The notes: generated by a model not told the origin, from the sequence alone. 64,000 nucleotides of DNA from Paramoeba atlantica (GCA_977017575.1 CDRNVI010000023.1:394850-458849), one strand, 5' to 3'. Positions 10,686 through 21,750 are shown, counted from the stretch's first letter. Numbers and translations are program-made.

Positions 10686-11553
10686 CGTGGCTGAGAGGGC
10701 GGTGGGAACGTGGCGGGGAGAAGGGGAACACAAAGGGAAAACGTGGCGGGGAGACTAAAATACAATACGTTTACGCGGCTTTGTAAACTCAACTATGGAT
10801 ATAAACAACATTGATAGATCAAAAAGGTTTTACAAGGGTTTTACAAGGACCTCATATCGGCGCGGCGAGCGAGAATCCTCAACCTGGTCGGGGTTAAGGG
10901 TTCCTCTTCGTCGCATATGGGGCTCCGGAGCCTCTAGCGGAAATGGGTACGGGCTAGGGAGGGAGCTCGCCGGCAAACTGGGAAGGTGGTTCGCGGGCGG
11001 GGCTGAGCGCTCTACCAGAAGGGCGTACCTTTCGTCGCACCGGGACAGGAGTAGGGGGAATCGGAGGGGTCGCTGTTGCGTGGGGAGAGGGGGGCGCACG
11101 GGAGGGCACGGAAGGGACTTTCCGCTTCGGTGATCTATCGCGCTCCTGGCGTGGCTCCGACGGAGCCCGGAATCGTTGGGATCTCATGACACTAAAACTA
11201 CTACAAAAAACGTAGTACGAAGTAACAGCCAACAAGGTAGAGAATTTTTTGCTTCACTATCTATCACTATCGTCAAACATGCAAAAGTACTGCACCCTGA
11301 GATGTCCATAATAACAAAAGTAAAAGCACAAGACGTAAACAAAGCCAAAAAGTGGGTGTAAATGACTCAAAGCTATCAAGAAAATCCTTTTTCGTATAAA
11401 TTTTTTTGTTAAAAGAAATTGAAAAAAAAGATTGAAATTTGGGGTACAGTTTGACTGCATATTACCCAAAGAATTTACTTCCCCACCTTTGTTATTTTTT
11501 CACCCATCAACTCCATATTTGTGTAACATAGAAACTTCACAGCATACTAAAAA

Positions 11554-13177
11554 ATGCATATCCTTTCCTCTTCCGACAGCCCCGAACGTAAGAAACGTAA
11601 ATTGACCTCCTCCCCAAGCCCACAGAGCGCCCAAAACGACAGCTCTATCCTCCCTGCTCGACGCAAACCCTCAAAGGTCCGAGGTACCGATCTCCCTCAT
11701 GAATACGCCATGGAGAAATTTTTGCACAATGTTTCCTACCGGGATGCCTCCTGGACGGTACACAATCCCATACAGGACTGGGCCGGGATCTCCTGTGATG
11801 TTTCGCATCAAGTCACATGGGTTTCATGGGGGAGGCACCCGCTCGGGGGGATGCTCGCATGGGAGAGTCTCCCCTCTACGGTTCATTGGTTAAATTTAAG
11901 TGGAGAGACGAAGCGAGAGATATGGCTAAGTGGCTCCGTGCCTTTTTATGCTCTTCCCGATACGTTGACACGTCTGAATTTGTTTCGTCAAGAATTTGTG
12001 GGGAAGGTAGAAATATCTGCTTTGCCTCGGTCCTTGGTGAATATGGGGTTGAACTTTAACCAATTTTCAGGGCCTCTTGATCTCACGTGTTTACCGCCGC
12101 AGAGTAATAATATTTTCTTTTTTAGGCTCTTCGTTAAACGCGGTGGTTGCTTTCAACTTAGAAGTCACTCATACTGCGCGCTTCGCGTTGAAAACTACCG
12201 CCGCGTTTAACGAAGAGCCTAAAAAAGAAAATTTAGCCTGGAAAACGGAAAGATTATAGCCAAAAATAGCCGAATTTCGGGTAAAAATGGGGTCATTTTC
12301 GCATATTTTTGCTCTCAGAGCACTAAATCCGACATTTGCGCGTGGGAAATCACTCGCAGGCATGAATGAAAGCCTACCGAACGTATTGGGTAGAGAATGC
12401 GACTCCAACCATACCATTCTTTCGACCCAAAAATGCCCCTTTAGGTCCGAAAAATACTTTTTCACCTTTTTTAGTCAAAAATGGGTCATTTTGGGGGGCG
12501 CACCACAGTTCGAAGAAGTGATACCTTGCGAAAACAACTGCGTAGAAAGCTAGTGTAGGTCCTAAACTATCAAAATACAATAGGGGAAACGATTTTGGAA
12601 AAATATTTTCTTTGCCATTTTTTTCGCCAAGTTGAAATTTTTTTCAAATAATTTTTTCCGAAAAAATCCGAACTTGGCGGACCCGTCCTGCGGATACGCG
12701 GGGGGGTCACCCCCGGGTAGGGGGGTGGAAAATGCGCGCCAAGACCCCGTCTACCCTTTCTGCGGTTTTTTTTCGAAAACTAATTTTTTCGAAAAAATTT
12801 GCTCGACCCTGGACCCCCCCCTGGACCCCCCCCCTGGACCCCCCCCTGGACCCCCCCCATGGACCCCCCATTTTTTTCAATTTTTTTTTTCAGTTTTGGT
12901 CCACCGGAGCCCCCTTTTATATTTTTTTCTTCTATTATATTACTGTGTTCCCCTTTATATTTTCACTGTTTTTATTCACTTTTTTTTCAATAATCGAGTG
13001 TAGAGCGGTAGTTTTACAACCACCGCAATTTTTCAATTGGAATGGAATCTATTCGAAGGGATCGTAGACGTCTCATCTCTTCCAAAGCGTATTTCTATAC
13101 TCAATCTTAGTAGAAATCCGTTGGATAAGATTATTCCAAATCCTTTACCTCCTTGTGTTGTATTCGCCCCCTCTTAG
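11554..13177 (+). pseudogene. Leucine-rich repeat gene (copy 4) split by a family-A insertion
   Basis: The LRR frame reads ...LDLTCLPPQ up to about 12102 and resumes at 13031 as FQLEWNLFEGIVDVSSLPKRISILNLSRNPL...PS* (TAG 13175-13177). Confidence 0.85.
12112..13029 (+). mobile_element. Complete non-autonomous family-A hairpin element (918 bp; Helentron/HINE-like)
   Basis: 121-bp palindrome 12112-12232 (46-bp arms, 29-nt loop), internal TGGACCCCCCC repeats, 3' hairpin GCGGTAGTTTTACAACCACCGC. Near-identical to 59122-60024. Confidence 0.9.
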
Positions 13178-13335
13178 AATGTGGGTACAAAACTTTTTTT
13201 TGCACATCAAAGTTTGAAAGAGCTTCTTATAAGAATTAATGGTTCCTCTTCAATTTGCCATACGAAAGCATAACTTATTTCAACAATTTATTTCGGCTTT
13301 ATTCTCACAGTTTCTAACAAAAAACCCACTGAATT

Positions 13336-14151
13336 ATGAACAGCACACTATTACCCCGATCAACAGGAAAAGTACGGGGCGCTTCTTTGCCCGCGATATA
13401 TGATCTCATTCGCTTTTGCAAAGGCCTTGAGAATCCACATGCCAGCTGGTCGGAGTCCACTCCTGTTTGCGAGTGGGATGGAGTGCAATGTACCCCGGAG
13501 AAGGAGGTGAAAAGTATTTTTTGGTATCGTCGATCTCTTCGCGGTGCGCTACACTGGGCGTCTCTCCCAGCAAGTATCCGAGAACTGCACATGTATGGAA
13601 ACTCTTTTAGAGGAACTCTTCCTTTGCAGGATATTTCTATGGGGTTAGAGATATTGGATGCTCACGCGAATGTGTTGCAAGGTGAACTATCTCTAAGCAA
13701 TCTTGTTTCGTCCTTTTTGGTGATACGTCTTTCACGAAATTCGTTTTCTTCTACAATAGATGTAACTCAGCTTCCTGATCTTCGTGTGCTGGAAGTCGCA
13801 ATAAACAAACTTTACGGAACTGTTGATCTTTCTTACTTTCCACCAAGTCTATTGCAAGTTTCTTTTTCTCGCAATCAGTTTAGCGGTCCGCTAAATTTGG
13901 GCCAACTCCCAAACGGTATACGCTCTTTCGACGCTTCTCATAATTCTTTTAGTGGAGATTTAGACTTGCGCTTCCTGCCCGCCTCTTTGGAATTCTTACG
14001 CCTTGCGAATAATGAACTAGGACCTCGTCTTCTTCAGTGGGATGAGGATCATATCCCTCCGTATCTCCGTTGTGTTATCATCTCTGAAAATTGCTTTTGG
14101 AGAACTGAAATCCGATCATTGTCATCTATTTTCAAACTAGATGCTGCATAG
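13336..14151 (+). CDS. Leucine-rich repeat protein (copy 5)
   Basis: GKVRGASLPAIYDL cap, PVCEWDGVQC, LRRs. Confidence 0.9.
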   Translation: MNSTLLPRSTGKVRGASLPAIYDLIRFCKGLENPHASWSESTPVCEWDGVQCTPEKEVKSIFWYRRSLRGALHWASLPASIRELHMYGNSFRGTLPLQDISMGLEILDAHANVLQGELSLSNLVSSFLVIRLSRNSFSSTIDVTQLPDLRVLEVAINKLYGTVDLSYFPPSLLQVSFSRNQFSGPLNLGQLPNGIRSFDASHNSFSGDLDLRFLPASLEFLRLANNELGPRLLQWDEDHIPPYLRCVIISENCFWRTEIRSLSSIFKLDAA

Positions 14152-14589
14152 GCTCCAATTTAGAATTTAGGGCTTGCGAAACAGACATTTTTCTCTATTG
14201 AACCACTGCCCAGTTTAACGTGTCTATGACCTGTTGCTCTGTCGGGAGTACACTGTAAACAGCGCGGGGGTTTAAATTTGCTATTGCCATAACCCGGGAT
14301 TCGGATTACCGTTTAACTTGCATATTACCTTTTAAATTGGCACATTACCGTTTACGAATGTAAACGGTAACCCGACAGACGGGTTACTTGTCGTTAATAA
14401 CACTTGCCGTTACATTCAATATTTCTCACAGCATACCCTCTAATGAGATGGGTTGATTACTTCATACAATAAAACAATAGTTTCCATGTATGAAGACTTA
14501 CTCCATTTATGCCACTAATATTTTGTATCATAATAAATTATTTTGTATCGGATGCACAGCCACCAATATTTTAATTTATTCATCTTCCA

Positions 14590-15696
14590 ATGTCACCCCA
14601 TTCCGTAAATATTTTACAGCGTAGATACTTTGTAGCACTAGGCTTCGTGCTCACAGTATTCTTTAGCTCTAGTATTCGAACAGCTGACGAGTTCCCCCAA
14701 CCACCCCCACAAAAACGACGCAAATTTGGCAGCAAAGTGAGCTCTGTGACGCTCTCTGAGATTGACCTCATGCGTCAGTTTGTTCAACATGTGAAAAATG
14801 CTCCTCCCTCCTGGGGTAAGCGATCCTCTGTGTGTAAATGGAAAGGGATAAAATGCAACTCTGACTCACAAGTTACACATCTCAATTGGAGTCGTAGTGA
14901 TATTGGTGGGAACCTCACGTGGAGTTATTTACCTCTTCACCTTGTTGAACTTATAGCAAACCAACCATATCGCGGAGGGTTCACAGGAACATTAGCCTCA
15001 ACCGATTTAAATGCCCCACTGACAACATTTCACGTGTCGTTACATTCGCATCACGGATTGTTCGGCTTTGCCAACCTTCCCTCACAGATGATAAGTCTTG
15101 ATATCGGAAGAAATCATTTGGAAGGTCCCGTTGATCTTACTCAGCTTCCTCCACTGATTGAAAATATTGTAGCGCATGGAAATCGTTTTCAGGGCAGCAT
15201 AGATCTCACCGCAATGCCCGCAACCTTACATAGGCTTCTACTACACGAAAATCAATTGAGCGGCGCACTTAATCTAACTCAGTTGCCAAAAACTCTTAAA
15301 AGGCTTAATTTATCAGTGAATCAGTTCGAAGGTCGCATTGAGCTCTCCGCGTTATCCGCAGCATTAGATGTGCTTAATCTAAATGAGAATCGTCTAAGTG
15401 GAACGCTTCATTTTGAAAATTTTCCTCCCTCTCTCGGGGAGATTTCTTTGAACCACAATGCATTTGAAGGGCCATTGATTGTACCGCAAGTTCCGCCCTC
15501 TATGCATTTGCTCGATGTTTCTACAAATAATATCACTGGCGTGTTTGATACAACACCTAATCGTTATCAAAAGGTGGGTTTCCGCGTGACTGACAACCAT
15601 TTTGATGCGTTGATTCAGGAAAAGAAGGTTAAACACATAGTCTATATTGAGCCCGAAGTTTTACGGTACACTGAAAAGGAATACGCCGCCCTCTAA
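14590..15696 (+). CDS. Leucine-rich repeat protein (copy 6)
   Basis: Hydrophobic N-terminus, PPPQKRRK, SVCKWKGIKC, about 9 LRRs. Confidence 0.9.
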   Translation: MSPHSVNILQRRYFVALGFVLTVFFSSSIRTADEFPQPPPQKRRKFGSKVSSVTLSEIDLMRQFVQHVKNAPPSWGKRSSVCKWKGIKCNSDSQVTHLNWSRSDIGGNLTWSYLPLHLVELIANQPYRGGFTGTLASTDLNAPLTTFHVSLHSHHGLFGFANLPSQMISLDIGRNHLEGPVDLTQLPPLIENIVAHGNRFQGSIDLTAMPATLHRLLLHENQLSGALNLTQLPKTLKRLNLSVNQFEGRIELSALSAALDVLNLNENRLSGTLHFENFPPSLGEISLNHNAFEGPLIVPQVPPSMHLLDVSTNNITGVFDTTPNRYQKVGFRVTDNHFDALIQEKKVKHIVYIEPEVLRYTEKEYAAL

Positions 15697-15829
15697 GAAT
15701 CTAGCCATACACACGAATACCTTCACTAAATTAGCAAATTTCTGTATTTTGTGCCTTTTTGATAAATAGATTATACATAGATTGCATCATAGATTCTTAT
15801 ATTGTGTTTTCTAGAATACAATTGGTTTT

Positions 15830-15880
15830 ATTTTGCTTTTTGGGCTCTTATCTAAACGCGGAGGTAGTTTTCAACGCGAA
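15830..15880 (-). repeat. Degenerate half of the family-A palindrome
   Basis: TTTTGGGCTCTTATCTAAACGCGGAGGTAGTTTTCAACGCGAA resembles the inner arm plus the start of the loop. Confidence 0.7.
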
Positions 15881-15989
15881 ACAATGACTGCTAACAACCT
15901 CAGAATTGCTTACCCAAAATTCATTACTCGTTAGCATCTGTATATTCCTTTTTTTACAAATTCACAATGTTAATCGAACCTATGTCCTC

Positions 15990-18900
15990 ATGAGGAGCAT
16001 CGAGCGCACTTCTTGCGCAGCAATTCCACATTTGGCGAATCACGGATCCTTCTTTAGCATTTGCTCTTCAAATTCTTCTTGCAGCGCCCTTGGTTTTCAA
16101 AGGGCGTCTCTGTCATCCGTTGCGTCGGCAACATGGCAGGAATCACTATTATTTTATCAAAATCAACTCCAATGTCCAGTACCCCAATTTCGTACACGTG
16201 TCCATGCAGCCGACAGCACACTTCATTCTCTTCATCGGCTATCCTTAACAAATGCACATCCTAAAATTGGTTCAATGGCTTGTTTTATTCTTCGAACGTT
16301 GCATGCCCGAGCTCCTAAGCACGGCAATCGGATCCCACAAAAAACTGTTTTTGATGCTCTCCGCCTGCTAATCTCTCAAGGAGTTTGTGACCTTGATGAA
16401 GAAATATCCTGTTTCAGTGATCTCAGGCAAGGTGTATTTTCCGATGTTCCCTCTAAATGGAAGCTTGCAACATTGTTTCTTACTACGTATGGCTCTTCTG
16501 GTTCGCTGCCTTCAACGGTCAAGTCTTTGTATTGCTATGAACTTCAATCGTACGACTGGTTGTCACGTGTGGGCAAACTCTCCGTACAAGATAATGTACT
16601 CCCGAGTGTTTTGGATATCCTATCAGAAGGAAACAAAATACATTATCCAACAACTTCAATGCATGATGAATTCTTAAAGATGATGAGGACGTTTCTTGAC
16701 CATGTTTCCTCCAGGAAGTCAAATTTGAATGACGTCAATGCTCTTGCTGCACCTGGAACCTCTCTCACTCTTTTATGCTTCTTCTTGCATTCAGCTTTGG
16801 CGTGTCTCTCTTTTTCAAAACCGAGTGATTCCCAAGAGGGGTTACCTCTTTTGTCAGACACTAATTGTTTGCGAGCTAACAAAAGCCTTTCCGATTCTCG
16901 AACAGATGTCTCTGAACATATTTCAAAGAATGTGTTACAAGTGCTTCAATCTTTAAATGTTATCATTCAAACAGATTCTCCTTTGAAAGGTCAACATCAG
17001 AAAGCTTACGGGGCCCATTATACCGTCTTGGACAACCTTTTACGAACACCATCTCGCGATTTTACGAAAACAAGTCTATGTGATAAGCGTGGTAAAACAA
17101 TACTTTTCTTGAACGCCTTACTGCACTTTTTTCTATGCTGGGTCCCACAAAACACAGCGCTTGAAACTTTGCACTCATTTTTCTTGCGTCAAGATCCACC
17201 TTCACAAACATGCGCTTCAAGCAGTGCAGCACATGGATCATTTAAAGATCCAAACAAAGACTCCTTTGTGTTTCCTTTGTACTCAAAGTGCACATACACT
17301 TCTCAATTGTTAGAGTTCTACGCATCGCATCAAAAATTTGAGCTTCACGAACAACTAATGGCACGAATTATTCCTTTTCCGACGCAACAAGAAATTCAAA
17401 CTGTTCTTTCGAAAAACATAGTTTCGAGCATTTCCTCAGATGCGCATTCTCCTGCTTCTTTTCTTCCCTCCTCTGCATGGGATTTACAACAGAGAAATGG
17501 CGCACTTGACTCAAATGCGGCGGAAAGTTATCGTTCATTTCGGTTGGCTCTTTCCAGTGCTTCTCTGTCTGAAATGACACAAAACCTTACCGTTCGGAAA
17601 GCTTCACGTCGTGAACGCTACCGATCGCTTTGCAAAGTATACCGAAAAATCTTACGTGCCGGATCAAAAGGCAAAAAAGTGATTTCTTCCTGTTCTCCCC
17701 CTCCTGTTCTTTCTTCTGTCAAAAATCTGATCTCCCTTTTATCTCCACGAATCCCTTTTTCATCTTTTTCCAAACACAGTGAAGCATTTTTCGCTCTGCT
17801 TCGTTTCTCCCACACCCACAAAATGTCTTCTACGCAAACAAAAACGCTTCTTCATCTTTTACGCCGGCGTCTTCCCGAGGGGACGCCTGTTTTAAAGACA
17901 CTCGGAGACGCTTCGTCTGTTTTTACCCATTCATTCGTTTCTGAATCTTTTTTACCTCATTATTCGCACCATCAAAATCAAATTCTTCTGCAAACTTTAG
18001 CCAACGAAGGAAAGTGGGATTCTCTCCTGCAACTATGGCCGCATCTTTCCACAACCCATCCGGAAAACCGACACAAACTTTTGTATTGTTTTCGAAATGC
18101 CATCGTGTCGACCACACAAACTATAAATCGAGTAAAATTATGGCAACAAGCGCTGCAATTTGTGTCCTCTCAGGATTTTGCGGATCAAAACGTGGCGAGT
18201 GAGGTTTTGTTGCTGTTGAGTTTATCTCCCGGAAAGGCTTCGTGGTCAAATGTTCTCTACGGATATGCGAGGGCGCAAGCAAGTGGGAAACAGACCAATG
18301 CAGAGGCTACCTTGGAGTCCTCCTTAAATGCCTCACATGTACTGCACGCACTTTGTAGTGTGGTGGAAAAATACTCGTACGGAAAGGAGACAAGGGAGGT
18401 AAAGTTTTCGTCGGTGAAGCAAGCACAAAAATGTGACCTTCAAAAAAATACAAATGCGGATTTATGGTCTCTCGCGTTGCAATGTTACCAGACGAGTTCT
18501 TTTCACAAATTCTTCACAGCGAATCACGTACTTCGTGTTTTGGTTCACAGCTCGCCCCGTTCTTGTTGGAAAACAGCTTTGTCTCTTTTATGCCAGGAGC
18601 CTCGAGTTTTCAGCCATCACCTTCACCGATCTTTATGGTGTCGTATTTGGGCGAGTCTTCCCTCTTCTGCATTTTTACGAAACGACAAGGCAAAAAACAC
18701 AACTTCTGGAGTTGTGTGGGACATTTTGGAAAAACTTCCCTCCACCACTTTTCCGGATCTTTTTTGGTCACTTGCGCTGACTACGTTTCGTAGATGTGAT
18801 CTTATGAGGTCTGAAAATACAGAATTAAAACGTTTTGCTTCGGATTCAATCATGCAAGGTGATGCCTTGATCAAAACAAATCCTGGTTTACAACAAGCGT

Positions 18901-20498
18901 GTCTGAGTTCGACGTATTTTACGGAGATCATGGAACACCTATCTCGGCGTTCGATTTTACCCAATAAATCTTTGCGTGAGTTATTTCGACGTTATCATCG
19001 AAGATCTCAGGTCTATTCGTCTCTCATTACACACAAAGGGGGTAGTGGCAAGAATGCCTTTCAAACCGATGATGTTGCTTGGCTCAACGTGCCGCTTATT
19101 ACAGAGAGAGAAAACAAATCTCTCAGTACTTCCGATATTTCGTCTGATATTCCGCTGAATTCGTCAACTTCTAGCACACGTAGCCGTCGCGAAGTTCTTT
19201 CTGAACTTCGCTCTCCTATTTTGCTTTTTTCTGACCAATGCTGGGCACTTGGTTGGTGCCCTCCCGAGTGCAACACCATAGAAAATATTTTACAAAACCT
19301 TCAAAAGTTAAATTCGAGGCCTTTTAGTCCATCCAATGCTTTGAAAACCGGGAAAAGTGAAAAGGAGGAAATCTCTGGTGAAACAGATAGTGAATCGAAG
19401 TTGGAATTATCGCATTCACATCGGTGGGTGAGTTCGTCTGATTTATACTGCGAGGCCTCATCGCAATCTGCTCCTTGTTACGTTTTCTTTCGGCGAGTGA
19501 ATCCTTTGCGAAGTGCATCAGGGCCTATAAGGCCGGAGGCAGATTCCTCTACTCCTAGAAAAGGTTTCAGTAATAACACAAACCAAAAATGTCTGCCAAT
19601 TCGTACGAAAACAAAAAATACGCTTCGTTCCAAATTAATTGATGCATCCAACGTTTCTGCATCGGATTTTCCTACGGGAATTTGTACGTGGCGTTATTTT
19701 GTCTTGGCAACTCTTTCTTCTCTGTCCTTTGACGTGACAAATGTGTCTACGACATCGGAAGCTCTTTGGAAGTCGTCTCCCTTTCTTTCCGCCCTTACTT
19801 CTGAAACAAACAATTCTGAAGATGCTCTTTACTGGGATGTGGATCTTAACAATCAGACGATTTATCAAGGCAAATTACCGCAATCCAACGCATGGCTTGA
19901 TGCAAAACATCGTACTTTTTCTAAATGGGTGCCTTTTCCTCAATTTCTAGACTTTGTAGCTTCCATAACTTCCTATCCTCCATCTTCCCGATACGCTCGT
20001 GTTTCCCTCTTAAAACAAATGCCTACCGTTTCGAATCCTCACATCTCTCCACATTTTTTATCAAAATTCGGCACAGATTCTCCTTTTTCGATTTCTCCAG
20101 AAAACAAATCCAACAGCGTAAAAACAAATCCTGCTTCTTCTCCCCGTATAGTTTCGAATTCTGTATTTGCGATACAAATTACTACACGACACGACACGCA
20201 ACATTATCCGGTAGAAAGTACCGTTCTGCACGAACACACGCTGCGACATTCTGTTCTGAAACCTCTAGGGCTGAAACTATTTGGAGAGCAACCTGAAATT
20301 GGACAGGACGACTTATTCTTGCTATCTGGAAAACCCTCGGATAGACAAAAAGAAATGGGAAAAAAGACTTTGTTGGCTATTCCTAAAGAAGGGGTGTCGT
20401 GGTGTCCACTGGAAATACGACTGGGTCCTTATTTTGTCGAGTCAACACCTCCACGAGATATTTATGAATGGTATCGTTCGCAAAATATGGGAGGATAG
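15990..20498 (+). CDS. Large hypothetical protein with WxxAL helical (PPR-like) repeats
   Basis: About 1500-aa open frame, first ATG at 15990. Repeats LWQQALQF, LWSLALQC, CWKTALSL, FWSLALTT. Confidence 0.7.
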   Translation: MRSIERTSCAAIPHLANHGSFFSICSSNSSCSALGFQRASLSSVASATWQESLLFYQNQLQCPVPQFRTRVHAADSTLHSLHRLSLTNAHPKIGSMACFILRTLHARAPKHGNRIPQKTVFDALRLLISQGVCDLDEEISCFSDLRQGVFSDVPSKWKLATLFLTTYGSSGSLPSTVKSLYCYELQSYDWLSRVGKLSVQDNVLPSVLDILSEGNKIHYPTTSMHDEFLKMMRTFLDHVSSRKSNLNDVNALAAPGTSLTLLCFFLHSALACLSFSKPSDSQEGLPLLSDTNCLRANKSLSDSRTDVSEHISKNVLQVLQSLNVIIQTDSPLKGQHQKAYGAHYTVLDNLLRTPSRDFTKTSLCDKRGKTILFLNALLHFFLCWVPQNTALETLHSFFLRQDPPSQTCASSSAAHGSFKDPNKDSFVFPLYSKCTYTSQLLEFYASHQKFELHEQLMARIIPFPTQQEIQTVLSKNIVSSISSDAHSPASFLPSSAWDLQQRNGALDSNAAESYRSFRLALSSASLSEMTQNLTVRKASRRERYRSLCKVYRKILRAGSKGKKVISSCSPPPVLSSVKNLISLLSPRIPFSSFSKHSEAFFALLRFSHTHKMSSTQTKTLLHLLRRRLPEGTPVLKTLGDASSVFTHSFVSESFLPHYSHHQNQILLQTLANEGKWDSLLQLWPHLSTTHPENRHKLLYCFRNAIVSTTQTINRVKLWQQALQFVSSQDFADQNVASEVLLLLSLSPGKASWSNVLYGYARAQASGKQTNAEATLESSLNASHVLHALCSVVEKYSYGKETREVKFSSVKQAQKCDLQKNTNADLWSLALQCYQTSSFHKFFTANHVLRVLVHSSPRSCWKTALSLLCQEPRVFSHHLHRSLWCRIWASLPSSAFLRNDKAKNTTSGVVWDILEKLPSTTFPDLFWSLALTTFRRCDLMRSENTELKRFASDSIMQGDALIKTNPGLQQACLSSTYFTEIMEHLSRRSILPNKSLRELFRRYHRRSQVYSSLITHKGGSGKNAFQTDDVAWLNVPLITERENKSLSTSDISSDIPLNSSTSSTRSRREVLSELRSPILLFSDQCWALGWCPPECNTIENILQNLQKLNSRPFSPSNALKTGKSEKEEISGETDSESKLELSHSHRWVSSSDLYCEASSQSAPCYVFFRRVNPLRSASGPIRPEADSSTPRKGFSNNTNQKCLPIRTKTKNTLRSKLIDASNVSASDFPTGICTWRYFVLATLSSLSFDVTNVSTTSEALWKSSPFLSALTSETNNSEDALYWDVDLNNQTIYQGKLPQSNAWLDAKHRTFSKWVPFPQFLDFVASITSYPPSSRYARVSLLKQMPTVSNPHISPHFLSKFGTDSPFSISPENKSNSVKTNPASSPRIVSNSVFAIQITTRHDTQHYPVESTVLHEHTLRHSVLKPLGLKLFGEQPEIGQDDLFLLSGKPSDRQKEMGKKTLLAIPKEGVSWCPLEIRLGPYFVESTPPRDIYEWYRSQNMGG

Positions 20499-20793
20499 TA
20501 AAGAATTTCCTTCGGAGTGACGTTTGGGTAATCCTATTTGTTTTATTCCCGTAGCTTTGGTTTCTTTTATGAAAGTTTTGTTTTTTTTTACTACATTTTC
20601 TGTGCAACTTAAGCTGCGCAAATTACTTGTTTTCTTGCTGTCGCATATTTCCACATCTTTTTGGAGGCAATAGAGTTGCAACACGGTTGTTAATGTTATC
20701 CCTATACAGGAATTTCCACTCACCATTACCTTTACTTTTGTATTTTATGTTCATCAATTTCGTTGTTTCTTTAACTTCCCCTTCTTCTTTTAC

Positions 20794-21750
20794 ATGAGCC
20801 AAACTTTTTCATTGAGTCAGACATATTATAAAGGGGCTAACGCAATTAGCCCGGCCTCTGTCATACTCACTCCCCCCTCTCCCCTTTCCTCTAACTCTCT
20901 CTGCACTACAGGGATGAGATCGCGGTACACGCGATCCTCTTCCTCATACGAGATAAAAATCTCACAGTGTCAGGTGCTTCAAGAGGCACAAACCTCAGAA
21001 AGGGAAGAGGAAAATCCTACAGACACATTTCTTCCTCCCCCCCACGCAATATCCGCGTGCTGCTGTTCCTTATGCAGCTGTGGGGGAAACGGAATTCTGT
21101 CTTCCCCGGAATCCTTTTTATATTCCCCCAATGCCCGAAATCCCCATCGGGTCGTCGTTCTGGATTTCGAAACGACCGGGCTTTCGAGAAAAGCCCAAAT
21201 CATACAAATTGGGGCAGTGGAGGTTGTGGGGAGTTTACCCACAGGGAATACGTTTTATACCAACGTACTTCCCTGTACGGAGATCGAGAGAGGGGCTACG
21301 AGGGTCCACGGATTTCGAAACGCGGACCTTGAGGGGGTAAATTCTTTTTCCCGTAGCCCCTCTTTCGACATTGTATTTCCTTTTCTTATGAATTTTATAG
21401 CCGGATCCCCGATTGTGGGGCATAATATCCAATACGATATAGGTATATTAAGAAAGGAGGCGAAGCGCATTGGTTCAAATCTTCCAATGTGCGAAATTAT
21501 TTGTACAATGAAAACGTTTCGTCGGTATTATCCGGGGAGAAAATTGGCACGGCTAGAAGCTGTGGCCAATTTCTTCACTTTAAATACAAATAATAAAAAG
21601 CCTGTTAGATTTTCGCAGTCTGAGGTGCACGATGCATTGGCAGATGCACTTCTTACTGCTAAAATTTATTGTATTTTTCATCGCATGGCATATGTTCACA
21701 TAGGACACGATATTGAAGAGTCTTGTGTGGTAAAATCAGAAGACATGTAA
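20794..21750 (+). CDS. DEDDh 3'-5' exonuclease (DnaQ / Pol III epsilon-like)
   Basis: ExoI LDFETTGL, ATRVHG, ExoII VGHNIQYD, ExoIII HDALAD. Confidence 0.92.
   Translation: MSQTFSLSQTYYKGANAISPASVILTPPSPLSSNSLCTTGMRSRYTRSSSSYEIKISQCQVLQEAQTSEREEENPTDTFLPPPHAISACCCSLCSCGGNGILSSPESFLYSPNARNPHRVVVLDFETTGLSRKAQIIQIGAVEVVGSLPTGNTFYTNVLPCTEIERGATRVHGFRNADLEGVNSFSRSPSFDIVFPFLMNFIAGSPIVGHNIQYDIGILRKEAKRIGSNLPMCEIICTMKTFRRYYPGRKLARLEAVANFFTLNTNNKKPVRFSQSEVHDALADALLTAKIYCIFHRMAYVHIGHDIEESCVVKSEDM

Noticed and set aside
12077-13067. Multiple short ORFs inside family-A copies (also 32737-33418 and 59179-60041)
   Set aside because: Overlapping, low-complexity, no motifs, and lengths differ between copies; treated as non-coding.
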